From Clostridium butyricum (GTDB taxonomy: Bacteria; Bacillota; Clostridia; Clostridiales; Clostridiaceae): DNA of 64,000 nucleotides. Shown one piece after another: positions 41,629-52,456 of this stretch. The DNA lies in NCBI GenBank assembly GCA_015058475.1, contig SVCF01000002.1:13102-77101 (forward strand). The letters run 5' to 3'. The first letter of the stretch is position 1, and each line of letters opens with the position of its first letter. Below the pieces are notes generated by a model. It worked only from the letters and a program-made list of their open reading frames with translations, did not search any database and was not told where the DNA came from. A program made the position numbers and the translations under genes.

Positions 41629-43557
41629 TTATGATAATTCAAAAGCACCTGTATATAATTGATAATACTTACCTTTTTCCTGTATAAGTTCTTCATGATT
41701 TCCACGTTCAATTATTCTTCCTTGTTCAAGTACCATAATAACATCTGAATTCTTAATTGTTGAAAGTCTATGAGCAATTACAAATACAGTTCTTCCTTTC
41801 ATAAGCTTATCCATACCATCTGAAACTATGGCTTCTGTTCTTGTATCTATGCTTGAAGTTGCCTCATCAAGTATAAGAACTGGTGGATCTGCTATAGCAG
41901 CTCTTGCAATTGCAAGTAATTGTCTTTGTCCTTGTGAAAGATTTGTTCCATCACCTGTAAGCATTGTATTATAGCCATTTGGAAGATGTTTTATAAATGT
42001 ATCTGCATTTGCAAGCTTTGCTGCTGCATATACTTCTTCATCAGTTGCATCAAGTTTTCCATATCGTATATTATCTGCAACTGTACCTGTAAATAAATGT
42101 GTATCTTGAAGAACTATACCAAGAGATCTTCTTAAATCATCTTTCTTAATCTTGTTAATATTTATACCATCATATCTTATCTTACCATCTTGAATATCAT
42201 AAAAACGGTTAATCAGATTTGTAATAGTTGTTTTTCCTGCGCCTGTTGCTCCTACAAAAGCAATTTTTTGACCTGGCTTTGCAAATAATTTTACATCATG
42301 TAAAACTATTTTTTCTGGATTATATCCAAAATCTACGCCATCAAAAACGACATCACCAAGAAGATTAGTATAAGTAATTGTACCATCTTCATGTGGATGT
42401 TTCCAAGCCCATGTTCCAGTATGTTCCTTAACTTCTTCTATATTACCATTTTCATCAACTTTAGCATTAACTAATGTTACATATCCATTATCAACTTCTT
42501 GCTTCTCATCCATCAATTTAAATATACGTTCAGCTCCTGCAAGAGCCATTATAATAGAATTAAATTGTTGAGCTACTTGAGATACTGGCATAGTAAATTG
42601 TTTTGTTAATTGTAAGAATGAAGCCAGTGCTCCAAGTGTAAATCCATTAATGCCATTTATAGCAAGAAGTGCACCAACTGATAGTATTACAACGTAATTT
42701 AAGTTACCTATATTCCCCATAATAGGCATCAAAATATTTGCAAATGTATTGGCACTATTTGCACTATCAAAAAGCTTCTCATTAAGTTCATCAAATGTCT
42801 TTTTAACTTCTTCTTCATGACAGAATACTTTTACTACTTTTTGACCTTCCATCATTTCTTCGATATATCCATTTATTGTACCTAAATCTTTTTGTTGCTT
42901 TCCAAAGTACTTAGCACTATTCCCACCAATTTTCTTTGTAACTCTTGTCATTACTATAATAGCAATTACTACAATACATGTTAATGGGATACTTAAATAT
43001 ATCATTGAACAAAATACACTTACAATTGTAATAACAGCTGATAAAAGCTGAGGTATACTTTGACTTATCATCTGTCTTAATGTGTCTGTATCATTTGTAT
43101 AAAGGCTCATTAATTCTCCATGTGAATGAGTATCAAAAAATGGAATCGATAGTTTTTCCATATGTGCAAACATATCATCTCTTATCTTCTTTAATGCACC
43201 CTGAGATACAAAAATCATTATACGATTATATGTATATGTTGAAATAGCTCCAACATAGAAAATAACTGCCATCTTTAATATCATACTTAAAAGTGGAGCA
43301 AAATTAGGATTTTCTGATTGAGTAAGTGGTACTATATACTCATCAATTAAAGTTCCTAAAAATAAATTTCCCATTACACTTACAACGGCACTAATAATGA
43401 TACATGCAATTACCACCAAGAATTGCAATTTATATCCATTCAATACATAAGACATAAGTCTTTTTAATGTTTTAACTGGATTTTCACTTTTTGGTCCTAC
43501 CATTGGTCCTTTGTTTCCTGGACCCTTTGGCATTCTTTGTCCTTTATTCGGCATCAT
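41629..43557 (-). CDS. Heterodimeric multidrug ABC exporter subunit (TMD+NBD)
   Basis: GATGAGKTT, LSQGQRQ, ILDEATSS, IAHRLST. Confidence 0.95.
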   Translation of the reverse strand: MMPNKGQRMPKGPGNKGPMVGPKSENPVKTLKRLMSYVLNGYKLQFLVVIACIIISAVVSVMGNLFLGTLIDEYIVPLTQSENPNFAPLLSMILKMAVIFYVGAISTYTYNRIMIFVSQGALKKIRDDMFAHMEKLSIPFFDTHSHGELMSLYTNDTDTLRQMISQSIPQLLSAVITIVSVFCSMIYLSIPLTCIVVIAIIVMTRVTKKIGGNSAKYFGKQQKDLGTINGYIEEMMEGQKVVKVFCHEEEVKKTFDELNEKLFDSANSANTFANILMPIMGNIGNLNYVVILSVGALLAINGINGFTLGALASFLQLTKQFTMPVSQVAQQFNSIIMALAGAERIFKLMDEKQEVDNGYVTLVNAKVDENGNIEEVKEHTGTWAWKHPHEDGTITYTNLLGDVVFDGVDFGYNPEKIVLHDVKLFAKPGQKIAFVGATGAGKTTITNLINRFYDIQDGKIRYDGININKIKKDDLRRSLGIVLQDTHLFTGTVADNIRYGKLDATDEEVYAAAKLANADTFIKHLPNGYNTMLTGDGTNLSQGQRQLLAIARAAIADPPVLILDEATSSIDTRTEAIVSDGMDKLMKGRTVFVIAHRLSTIKNSDVIMVLEQGRIIERGNHEELIQEKGKYYQLYTGAFELS

Positions 43558-45280
43558 TATCAGCTCCCTTCACTTGAGTTTCATATACTTCTTTATATAT
43601 TGCATTGTCTTTTAATAATTCTTCATGATTTCCAACTCCATCGATTTTACCATCATTCATTACAATAATCTTATCTGCATCTTGAACTGAAGATATACGT
43701 TGAGCAATAATTATTTTTGTTGTATCTGGAATGTCTTCCTTAAATGCCTTTCTAATTAATGAATCTGTTTTTGTATCAACTGCACTTGTTGAATCATCCA
43801 AAATTAATATTTTAGGCTTTTTAAGAAGTGCTCTTGCAATACATAGTCTTTGCTTTTGCCCACCTGATACATTCGTACCACCTTGTTCAATATAAGTTTC
43901 ATATTTTTTAGGGAAAGTTTGTACAAATTCATCACCTTGAGACTGCCTACAAGCTGTAATGATTTCTTCTTCAGTTGCTTCTTTATCTCCCCATCTTAAA
44001 TTTTCATTTATTGTCCCTGAAAATAATACATTTTTTTGAAGTACCATAGAAACAGCATCTCTTAATGTTTCTATATCATAATTTTTTACATCTAATCCCC
44101 CAACTTTAACGCTTCCTTCTGTTACATCATATAATCTTGGAATAAGTTGTACAAGTGTTGATTTTGCACTTCCTGTTCCTCCAATTATTCCTACAGTCTC
44201 ACCAGGATTTATTTTTATATTTATATTTTCTAAATTAAAATTATCCTTATTATTGTTATAGCTAAAGTTAACATTATTAAATTCTATGCTTCCATCTTTT
44301 ACTTCATAAACTGGATTTTCTGGATTAGAAAGATTACTTTTTTCATCTATAACTTCTGTAATTCTTTCTGCTGAAGATTTAGCCATTGTAATCATAACAA
44401 ACACCATAGCAATAAACATTAAACTCATCAATATACTCATTGAATACATAAATAAGCTCATTAGCTCCCCAGTTGTCATTGTGTTTGATACTATCATTTT
44501 AGCTCCAAGCCACGATAAAAGTAACATACATGTATACATTGAAAATTGCATTACAGGCATATTAAGTACTACCACTTTTTCTGCTCTTATAAAGAAATCA
44601 TATACTACCTTTGAAGCTTTATTAAATTTGTTTATTTCATATTCTTCTCTTACATATGCCTTAACTACACGCATTCCTGTCAAATTTTCTTGAACACTTG
44701 CATTTAAATCATCATATTTTTCAAAAACTTCTTTAAAATATGGGTGTGCTTTCGTCATTATAAAATATAATATAATTCCTAAGAAAATCATTGCACCTAC
44801 AAATATTAATGCTAACTCTTTATTAATACTAAACGACATTATCATTGCTATTATAAGAATAACTGGTGCCCTTACAAGCATTCTTAAAATCATTTGATAA
44901 GCATTCTGTACATTAGTAACATCTGTTGTTAGTCTTGTTATAAGTCCAGCTGTTGAATATTTATCAAGATTTGAAAACGAAAAATTTTGAATATTATAAA
45001 ACATAGCTTTTCTTAAATTTTTTGCAAGACCTGATGATGCTTTCGCTGCATATTTACCAGCTAATGCTCCAAAAGTAAGTGATAAGATAGACATTACTAC
45101 CATGATTATTCCAACTTTAGCTACATAGTTCATATTGCTTTTACCTATTCCATTATCAACTATCATAGCCATTAATAGTGGTATAATCTGCTCCATAATC
45201 GATTCACCAATAATATATAATGGTGTCACAATTGAAGCATTTTTATATTCACCAATATATTGTGATAACTTTTTTATCAT
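43544..45280 (-). CDS. Heterodimeric multidrug ABC exporter subunit with degenerate site
   Basis: GGTGSAKST, VSGGQKQR, ILDDSTSAVD, IAQRISS. Confidence 0.95.
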   Translation of the reverse strand: MIKKLSQYIGEYKNASIVTPLYIIGESIMEQIIPLLMAMIVDNGIGKSNMNYVAKVGIIMVVMSILSLTFGALAGKYAAKASSGLAKNLRKAMFYNIQNFSFSNLDKYSTAGLITRLTTDVTNVQNAYQMILRMLVRAPVILIIAMIMSFSINKELALIFVGAMIFLGIILYFIMTKAHPYFKEVFEKYDDLNASVQENLTGMRVVKAYVREEYEINKFNKASKVVYDFFIRAEKVVVLNMPVMQFSMYTCMLLLSWLGAKMIVSNTMTTGELMSLFMYSMSILMSLMFIAMVFVMITMAKSSAERITEVIDEKSNLSNPENPVYEVKDGSIEFNNVNFSYNNNKDNFNLENINIKINPGETVGIIGGTGSAKSTLVQLIPRLYDVTEGSVKVGGLDVKNYDIETLRDAVSMVLQKNVLFSGTINENLRWGDKEATEEEIITACRQSQGDEFVQTFPKKYETYIEQGGTNVSGGQKQRLCIARALLKKPKILILDDSTSAVDTKTDSLIRKAFKEDIPDTTKIIIAQRISSVQDADKIIVMNDGKIDGVGNHEELLKDNAIYKEVYETQVKGADNDAE

Positions 45281-45299
45281 TCTACTGTCCTCCCTTTTT

Positions 45300-45378
45300 G
45301 TTAGATTTCTAACTATCTCTATGTTAATATGTAATTTACCCCTAAAATAGCATCAACTATTTTTATTAGGCTTCTAAC
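45300..45378. promoter_or_regulatory. MarR-type operators upstream of the ABC genes
   Basis: gttagatttctaac (45300-45313) and attaggcttctaac (45365-45378); third copy upstream of marR. Confidence 0.7.
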
Positions 45379-45394
45379 TAATTTATTAAAAAAT

Positions 45395-45826
45395 CTAATC
45401 AGAAAGTCTTTTTGATACTTTATTAAGTATGTGAAAGAAGAATTCCATTTCTTCGTCTGTCATTGATTGCTCTACTCGCGCTTCTATTTCATTAATAATA
45501 TCGCGAACTTTAATCCTTATTTCATCTCCTTTTTCAGTTAATATGATTTTTTTCAGTCTACCATCTTCAAAAACACTCTCTCTTTTTATGTAACCATTCT
45601 TTTCCATAAGTTGAAGTACACTTGTTACTGATGAACTTCTGATTTTTAAATCATTTTCTATGTCTTTCTGAAAAACAGATTTCTTTTTTGACTCAATATA
45701 TACAAATCCTATTATTTTTGCCTGAGCACCTGTTATTCCATACTTAGCTACTTCATTATCTATCTTTCTGCGTATCTTATTGCTAACAATATTTATTTCC
45801 TTTCCAATGTGTTTTATATCATTCAT
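45395..45826 (-). CDS. MarR-family transcriptional regulator
   Basis: VFQKDIE...SSVTSVLQLMEKNGYIKR...DGRLKKIILTEKG. Confidence 0.93.
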   Translation of the reverse strand: MNDIKHIGKEINIVSNKIRRKIDNEVAKYGITGAQAKIIGFVYIESKKKSVFQKDIENDLKIRSSSVTSVLQLMEKNGYIKRESVFEDGRLKKIILTEKGDEIRIKVRDIINEIEARVEQSMTDEEMEFFFHILNKVSKRLSD

Positions 45827-45847
45827 ATTCTTTACCCCTACAAATTA

Positions 45848-45861
45848 GTTAGATTTCTAAG
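45848..45861. promoter_or_regulatory. MarR autoregulatory operator
   Basis: gttagatttctaag, 13/14 identical to the 45300 site. Confidence 0.7.
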
Positions 45862-46188
45862 TAATTTTAATCCTAATCTAAATATTTGTCAATTACGATA
45901 TTGATATATTTCATAATGAAATCGTTTTTCTTTTTCATTAATATTTCAATTAAATTCCCCTATTTATTTCCCCTCCATTTTTTTCAATAAATTTAATGTT
46001 AATACTTATTATACGGTAATGTTAATTATTTCTAATTAGAACTTATATTAAATTTATTAAGTTTTTAATACAAGAATCACAAAATAATATAATTTCCTAA
46101 ATAAAAAAATAAGCCACTACATAAGCTGCACTGACTTATTTTCTATTAAAAATATTAGACCTGCATCTTTTCTGCTTGAACTACTTCT

Positions 46189-46839
46189 TTAATAGTTGAA
46201 TATTACTAATCCTATTAATCTAGTTAAATCTAAAGCTTGAATTTGTGTAACTATTGCCCCTCTTATGTCACTTATTTCAACACTAATTCCTTCAATTTCA
46301 CAAGTAGTAAAATCTATTTTATTCAGACATGTCTTATTAAAAAATGTATTTATTAAATTTGTATCATTGAATAGTGTTTTCTCTAACTTTACTTGCTGAA
46401 ATACTGCTTCTTCGAAATTACTGTTTACAATATTTACAGAATTAAATTTTGAAAAAGAAAAATTAGAATATTTAGCTAGTGAATCCTTAAACAAGACATG
46501 TTTAAGACTACTTTCATCAAACTTTGCTCCAAGCAATTTACAATTAATAAATTCAACTCTCATTAAACTTCCACTAGTAAAATCCATATTAGATAAATCA
46601 CAATTTTCAAATTTGGTATCTAATAAATCTATATTTCTTAAAATACAATTATTAAATACCACATTTTTAAATATGCATGAATCAATTGTAATACCAGTAT
46701 CTTCTTTATTTTCTATTAACTCATTTTCTATAATTTTATTTTGTATTTTTTCAGATATAATTATTTCTTCGTAAAGATCATTAATCATCTCTGGTTCTTC
46801 TATAAATTTAGGTTTTTGTATCTTAAATAAATTAGACAT
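46189..46839 (-). CDS. Pentapeptide repeat protein
   Basis: Tandem xxFxx/xxLxx pentapeptides (TKFENCDLSNMDFTS...); ATG 46839 after GAGGTG. Confidence 0.9.
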   Translation of the reverse strand: MSNLFKIQKPKFIEEPEMINDLYEEIIISEKIQNKIIENELIENKEDTGITIDSCIFKNVVFNNCILRNIDLLDTKFENCDLSNMDFTSGSLMRVEFINCKLLGAKFDESSLKHVLFKDSLAKYSNFSFSKFNSVNIVNSNFEEAVFQQVKLEKTLFNDTNLINTFFNKTCLNKIDFTTCEIEGISVEISDIRGAIVTQIQALDLTRLIGLVIFNY

Positions 46840-47035
46840 ATAACACCTCATGTTTTCAGTATCTATTTTACTATTTTTTATCTATTCTTAATGTTCTTTT
46901 TCTAATTCACTAAAGTTAGACTTCTTCAAACCTATAACTAGAAGTTTTATTCCACTAAAATATCCAAGAAAAATCCACTCATCTTGTAATAAATAATGTC
47001 ATATTTCTAATAGTTTTTTAGATTGTAGGATATCC

Positions 47036-47920
47036 CTATCTTTCTAAGCAATAAAATCCTTCTATACTCACTCTGGCTTTTCCACCAAATAAAATCTTAT
47101 CTTCTATTTTCTTAAGTTTTACAGTATTAAAAAGTATATTTTCTCCACCTTGTTCAATACTAACACTCTCACCATTCCACATTTGATTTTTTAACATATA
47201 GTTTCCAAATGCACTATTCCCAGAACCTGTTGCTGGGTCTTCTAAATAACCAAATTTAGGTGCAAAAACTCTAGTATGTGCAATAAAATCTGAAGTGCTT
47301 GCCTCCTTACTAAATATGAGTATAATATCAATAACATTACTTAAACAAAAATCTTTTAGTTTTGCTTCATTAGGAAAAATTGAAATTTCATCATTATAAT
47401 GTGTTATTGGAACAATTAAGGTTCTTAGTCCAGCATTTATAAAATCAATAGGATACTCTTCTGAAATCATTGAGACTTCTATCTCAAGGTTTTCAGCAAT
47501 TTGTTCCTTTGATACAGGAATTTTTAAATACTCAGCTGTAGGAGCCGTAACATAAATTGAATCTTCTGTAGCAATATGATTATAAATCGTTAAAATTCCT
47601 TTTTTATTTGTTTCAAATTTAACTTCTTTCTTATTACATAGAATATCATCATTTTTAATAACATCGTACATTGTTGCAATAGTACCATGCCCACAAAAAT
47701 CAACTTCGCATTCAGAAGAATAATAAGTCAATTTACAATCAGCTTTATCAGAGTTTGAACAAAACACCACTTCTGAAACAAATCCAGAATGTTCTTTTCC
47801 TATGCTAAGAAGTTCATTTTCAGTCAACCTATCATCCCCAAGCATTAAATAAGCTGCTGGATTGCCTTGTGACATCCCCCAAGTGAAAGCATTGATTTTT
47901 TTATATGTATATTTTTTCAT
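47036..47920 (-). CDS. PhzF-family isomerase/epimerase
   Basis: GNPA, EVDFCGHGTIA, EDPATGSGN; ATG 47920 after GAGGAG. Confidence 0.92.
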   Translation of the reverse strand: MKKYTYKKINAFTWGMSQGNPAAYLMLGDDRLTENELLSIGKEHSGFVSEVVFCSNSDKADCKLTYYSSECEVDFCGHGTIATMYDVIKNDDILCNKKEVKFETNKKGILTIYNHIATEDSIYVTAPTAEYLKIPVSKEQIAENLEIEVSMISEEYPIDFINAGLRTLIVPITHYNDEISIFPNEAKLKDFCLSNVIDIILIFSKEASTSDFIAHTRVFAPKFGYLEDPATGSGNSAFGNYMLKNQMWNGESVSIEQGGENILFNTVKLKKIEDKILFGGKARVSIEGFYCLER

Positions 47921-48153
47921 ATATATTCTCCTCACTTTATAATCACATAATTTATTACAATAGACTTATTTTCTTAAGTATACTATACTATAATTTCATT
48001 TTTCAATTTCTTTCAATAGAATATAGTATAAAAAATCCATAACAACAAAACTCTAATTTTGACATTATTGTCTTGTTGTTATGGATTTACTTTCTATAAT
48101 ATATACACATTTTTCATAAGTAGTAATTCCAAAAAATAATTATTTTTTCTATA

Positions 48154-49344
48154 TTAATTAAGTTCTTCCAAAACTGATTCACCTATTGTATTTTCTGGCA
48201 TCTTAACTTCAAAGTTTTCTGCTATTGTTGCAGCTATTGTTGCAAAGCTTTTACTTGTTTCTAATTGTCCATGACTCTTCATAGATGGTGAATATACTAA
48301 GAATGGTACATGTTCACGAGTATGATCTGATCCCTTATATGTTGGATCATTTCCATGATCAGCTGTGATTATTAATAAATCATCTTCTTTTAAGTTTTCT
48401 AAAACTTTTCCTAAGTTAACATCAAATTTTTCTAATTCTTCTGCATAACCTACTGGATTTCTTCTATGACCCCATAAAGCATCGAAATCTACTAAGTTTA
48501 CAAAGCATAAACCTGTAAAATCTTTATCCATTATTTCTAATGTTTGCTCCATTCCGTGAACTGAGCTCTTTGATTTATGAGTTTCTGTAATACCTTCACC
48601 ATCAAAAATATCATTTATTTTCCCCACGGCAATTACATCAAAATTATTTTCTTTTAATGTATTTAGTATAGTCTTGCCATATGGTTTTAAAGCATAATCA
48701 TGTCTATTGCTAGTACGTTTAAATCCTTCTTCTTTATTTCCTAAATAAGGTCTTGCAATTACTCTACCAACCTTCCACTCATCTTTAAGAGTTAATTCTC
48801 TTGCAATTTCACAGCATCTGTAAAGTTCCTCTAATCCAAAAGTTTCTTCATGTCCACAGATTTGTAAAACTGAATCAGCAGAAGTATATACTATCATATC
48901 ACCAGTTTTCATTTGATGGTCTGCAAGTTCCTCTAATATTTCTGTACCACTTGCACTTTTATTTCCTACAATTTTATGACCAGTTCTTTTTTCTAATTCA
49001 TCTAAAAGTTCCTTTGGAAAACCTGTATCTGTGAATGTTTGAAATGGCTTAGTTATATGAAGGCCCATCATCTCCCAATGTCCTGTCATTGTATCTTTCC
49101 CAACACTTGCTTCTTTCATCTTCATTTGATATCCAAGTGGAGCATCAACCTTTGCTACATGCTTTATTGGATGCAGATTAGCCATTCCCATCTTTTGAAG
49201 GTTAGGTATTTCAAATTTATCCACAGATTCTGCTATGTGACCTAAAGTATCCACATTTATATCACCATACTCTTTGGCATCTTCCATTTCTCCTATACCT
49301 AATGAATCTATAACTATTGTAAATATTCTCTTATATTTTTTCAT
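48154..49344 (-). CDS. deoB: Phosphopentomutase
   Basis: [57 protein letters not shown]. Confidence 0.97.
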   Translation of the reverse strand: MKKYKRIFTIVIDSLGIGEMEDAKEYGDINVDTLGHIAESVDKFEIPNLQKMGMANLHPIKHVAKVDAPLGYQMKMKEASVGKDTMTGHWEMMGLHITKPFQTFTDTGFPKELLDELEKRTGHKIVGNKSASGTEILEELADHQMKTGDMIVYTSADSVLQICGHEETFGLEELYRCCEIARELTLKDEWKVGRVIARPYLGNKEEGFKRTSNRHDYALKPYGKTILNTLKENNFDVIAVGKINDIFDGEGITETHKSKSSVHGMEQTLEIMDKDFTGLCFVNLVDFDALWGHRRNPVGYAEELEKFDVNLGKVLENLKEDDLLIITADHGNDPTYKGSDHTREHVPFLVYSPSMKSHGQLETSKSFATIAATIAENFEVKMPENTIGESVLEELN

Positions 49345-49562
49345 ATACTAAATCCTTTCTTACTTTAAATATTATACTTTTATCATTTATCATTTTACTT
49401 TAATTATACAATAAATGCTTTAATAGTTTTACTATATTTATATTATATTTTGATTAATATTATCATTTAATATCTTCTAATGTCAATGATGCAGTACCTA
49501 TAAATAAAACAGGTATAACATGCTTTTAAAAAATTTTTTATATGATTAACAGAATGCCTATA

Positions 49563-49609
49563 GAAAAATACAGTAAACAATATTTATTAACACTGTTTAC
49601 TGTATTTTT
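49563..49609 (-). terminator. Intrinsic terminator after telA
   Basis: aaaaatacagtaaaca / tgtttactgtattttt inverted repeat. Confidence 0.75.
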
Positions 49610-50749
49610 CTATCTAAGCGCTAAAAGCTTATTCTTTAATTGTTCCTCAATATTTTGTAATTCTGCTTCTGCTGCCTTACGTTTTTCTCGTCCCTCTGTT
49701 TGTATCTTTAATACTTCATCAAGAGTTGAAATAAGTGATTCATTTGTTGCTTTAAGAGTTTCTATATCAACAATTCCACGTTCTGATGCTTTAGCTGTTT
49801 CAATAGTTGACATTTTAAGCGTCTGAGCATTCTTCTTTAAAAGTTCATTAGTCATATTTGTTACTTCATCCTGCGCTTTCGCGGCATTAGTTGAATGTGC
49901 AACCCCTAGTGCTAATACAATCTGGCTTTTCCAAAGTGGAATCGTATTTACAATTGTTGATTGTATCTTCTCTGACATTAATGAATCATTATTTTGAATC
50001 AAACGTATTTGTGGTGCCATTTGAAGTGAAATCATTCTTGTTAATTCTAAATCATGAATCTTTTTCTCAAAGCGGTTACAAAGTGCTAAAAAGTCATTTG
50101 TTGCCTGTGCATCTTCGGGAAGACCGCTTATTCTAGCCTTTTCTGAAAGTTTTGGAAGTTCTTCTCTATTTAATTTTTCAAGCTTCTTTTTACCTGCTAA
50201 AATGTACATAGAAAGTTCTTTAAAATATACTTTATTTATTTCATACATCTTATCAAGCATAGCAATATCTTTTAAAAGCTGTATTTGATGTTTTTCAAGA
50301 GCAGTACAGATTTTAGTTATGTTTGTATCTACTTTATCATATTTAGTTTTCATTTGTGTGAATTTCTCAGCTGGCTTTTTAAAAATTCCAAGGAACCCCT
50401 TTTTCTCATCCGTAGCTTCAAAACTTTTTAATTCCCCTACAACATTAGATAACATTTCACCAATTTCACCTAAGTCTTTAGTTTTCACATTATTTAAAGC
50501 AGTTTCAGAAAAATCAGCAATTTTCTTTTGAGCACCTACTCCATATTGCAAAATTGAATTTGAATTATTAATATCAATCTTATCTACAAAATCATCTACC
50601 ATCTTTTTTTCTTGTTCACTTAAAAAACTATCATCCATAGCATCCACTTCTTTTTTTTCCTCAGCCTTTGCCACTAGATTTTCTTCTTCAAATGGCTCAA
50701 ATGATAAACTTGGAACTACATTAATATCATTTTTAAATTCATCATTCAC
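49610..50749 (-). CDS. telA: Toxic anion resistance protein (TelA/YaaN family)
   Basis: ILQYGVGAQKKIADFS, QMAPQIRLIQNND, TIPLWKSQ, ERGIVDIETL. Confidence 0.9.
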   Translation of the reverse strand: MNDEFKNDINVVPSLSFEPFEEENLVAKAEEKKEVDAMDDSFLSEQEKKMVDDFVDKIDINNSNSILQYGVGAQKKIADFSETALNNVKTKDLGEIGEMLSNVVGELKSFEATDEKKGFLGIFKKPAEKFTQMKTKYDKVDTNITKICTALEKHQIQLLKDIAMLDKMYEINKVYFKELSMYILAGKKKLEKLNREELPKLSEKARISGLPEDAQATNDFLALCNRFEKKIHDLELTRMISLQMAPQIRLIQNNDSLMSEKIQSTIVNTIPLWKSQIVLALGVAHSTNAAKAQDEVTNMTNELLKKNAQTLKMSTIETAKASERGIVDIETLKATNESLISTLDEVLKIQTEGREKRKAAEAELQNIEEQLKNKLLALR

Positions 50750-50779
50750 TTCAAATCACTCACTTTCATAACTTTAGTA

Positions 50780-51964
50780 TTATTTTTCAAAATCATTTTT
50801 TGTTAATCCTTCTTGCGTAAACAAAGTTTCAAGTACAGAAATATCTGAAGAAATATCCCAAACTATATCTTCAAATAAATCATCTAAAAGTTTTTCAAAA
50901 GCAGTATTTATCATATCAATACTCTTTTCAATTTCATTCTTTGCAGTTTTAATATTCGCTCCTTGAACTGGCTGCTTATTTAATTCTTTGTATGCATTAA
51001 CCAATTTCAAAGTCATAGGCAGATAATGATTTATAAATTTACTAACCTCAGATAATTTTTTTGGATTTTTTTCAATATACTTAAATATTTCAATAATAAC
51101 TTTTTCTAACCTATATAACTTTTGTGAAAATTCTTCTTCAGGTATACAATCATTAGCTACCTTTATCTCCTCGATATAATATTTTCCATTTTCAATTGTT
51201 TCTCTTAATTCTTTCTTTTGAGGATCATTTATCTCTTCTTTTAATTGCTCTTGTCTTTTTAAATCTTCTTCTTTTCGCTTTCTTAATGTTTCTTTAGAAC
51301 TTAAATAATTTTCATATACTTCATTGCTTAACATAAAATATGTTTGCTCATCGTCTATATATGATTCTTTAAACATACCTAAACTGCTCATTTTCTTCAA
51401 GTCCTTAATAACAAATTTTTCTTGTTTTTGAACAGCATTAGATAAATCTCTAATTAAGCAATAATTTTGACCTTTTAAGCAAGCTACATATTGCTTAAAT
51501 CTTCTTACTCTTTTTCTTAATCCTACTCCTTTTAAGGTTAAAAGAATACTCCCTACAAAAAATGATAATAATACACCTAAACTAATTCCATTAATTATTG
51601 ACATACCACTCCAAATGGAAACAAATATTGATTGTATGATTAGTAGTATTCCCAATATAGTAGCAACAATAGTTCCAAAAATCATATAAATTATTCCTGA
51701 TATTTTTCCTACTGGTTTTTTTGAAATATAAATGAGTTCCTTGTTTGTATTTTTCTTAATTTTTATAGTATTTTTTTTTGCATTCTCCATTTTTTTACTA
51801 ATATCTTGTGATGTATTTTTTAAAGTGGTTTTTACATCATTTAGAGTACCTTCTGTTTTTTCACGAATATCGTTTTTTATCCCTGTAAAATCTATAGAAT
51901 TGAATGCATTTTCCACTGTAATTCTAATTTGTTCTTCTAAATCAGAAAAATCTTTTTTATCCAT
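50780..51964 (-). CDS. xpaC: XpaC-like (5-bromo-4-chloroindolyl phosphate hydrolysis family) membrane protein
   Basis: FINHYLPMTLKLVNAY...AFEKLLDDLF...DISVLETL C-domain; upstream of telA as is typical. Confidence 0.75.
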   Translation of the reverse strand: MDKKDFSDLEEQIRITVENAFNSIDFTGIKNDIREKTEGTLNDVKTTLKNTSQDISKKMENAKKNTIKIKKNTNKELIYISKKPVGKISGIIYMIFGTIVATILGILLIIQSIFVSIWSGMSIINGISLGVLLSFFVGSILLTLKGVGLRKRVRRFKQYVACLKGQNYCLIRDLSNAVQKQEKFVIKDLKKMSSLGMFKESYIDDEQTYFMLSNEVYENYLSSKETLRKRKEEDLKRQEQLKEEINDPQKKELRETIENGKYYIEEIKVANDCIPEEEFSQKLYRLEKVIIEIFKYIEKNPKKLSEVSKFINHYLPMTLKLVNAYKELNKQPVQGANIKTAKNEIEKSIDMINTAFEKLLDDLFEDIVWDISSDISVLETLFTQEGLTKNDFEK

Positions 51965-52124
51965 TATTTATGCCTCCAAAACCCTACTTTAAAATACATT
52001 ATACTTAATTTATTTTAATAATATTTACATTAATTATATATCATCTTCAAATGAATTACAATTTGAAACAATTTTATCTATATTATGAATTCAGAATTAT
52101 TATTATTCATCAATTTTAATGTAA

Positions 52125-52164
52125 ATTCTAAAGTTCCTATATTCTAAAATTCTTAAATTCTTAA
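52125..52164. repeat. Tandem array of five degenerate 8-bp repeats
   Basis: attctaaa gttcctat attctaaa attcttaa attcttaa. Confidence 0.75.
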
Positions 52165-52391
52165 AAATATAAAAATAAAAATTCCTCTATCCCCATATTT
52201 CTAAAAGTATAAGAATATATATTTTTACTTGTATTATTCTTTATTGCTGTAACGTTACATATATTGTTAAAATACTTTTTAAGTATTACCATATTATGCA
52301 AAATCATAAGAATAAGTTTAGAGAAAAACAAAAAAATTTAATATTTTACGCTTACATTATATATTTGTTTTAATCAATAATAATCCACAAA

Positions 52392-52436
52392 AAAAACTGT
52401 AACGTTACACACAGGAATTGTGCATCGTTACAGTTT
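52392..52436 (-). terminator. Terminator of the partner-switching operon
   Basis: aaactgtaacg...cgttacagttt with an A-run on the left (U-tail on minus). Confidence 0.7.
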
Positions 52437-52456
52437 CAAGTGCATCCATTATATTT

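Noticed and set aside
46189..46839. Qnr-type quinolone resistance gene
   Set aside because: Pentapeptide repeats alone do not indicate Qnr; no supporting features recognised
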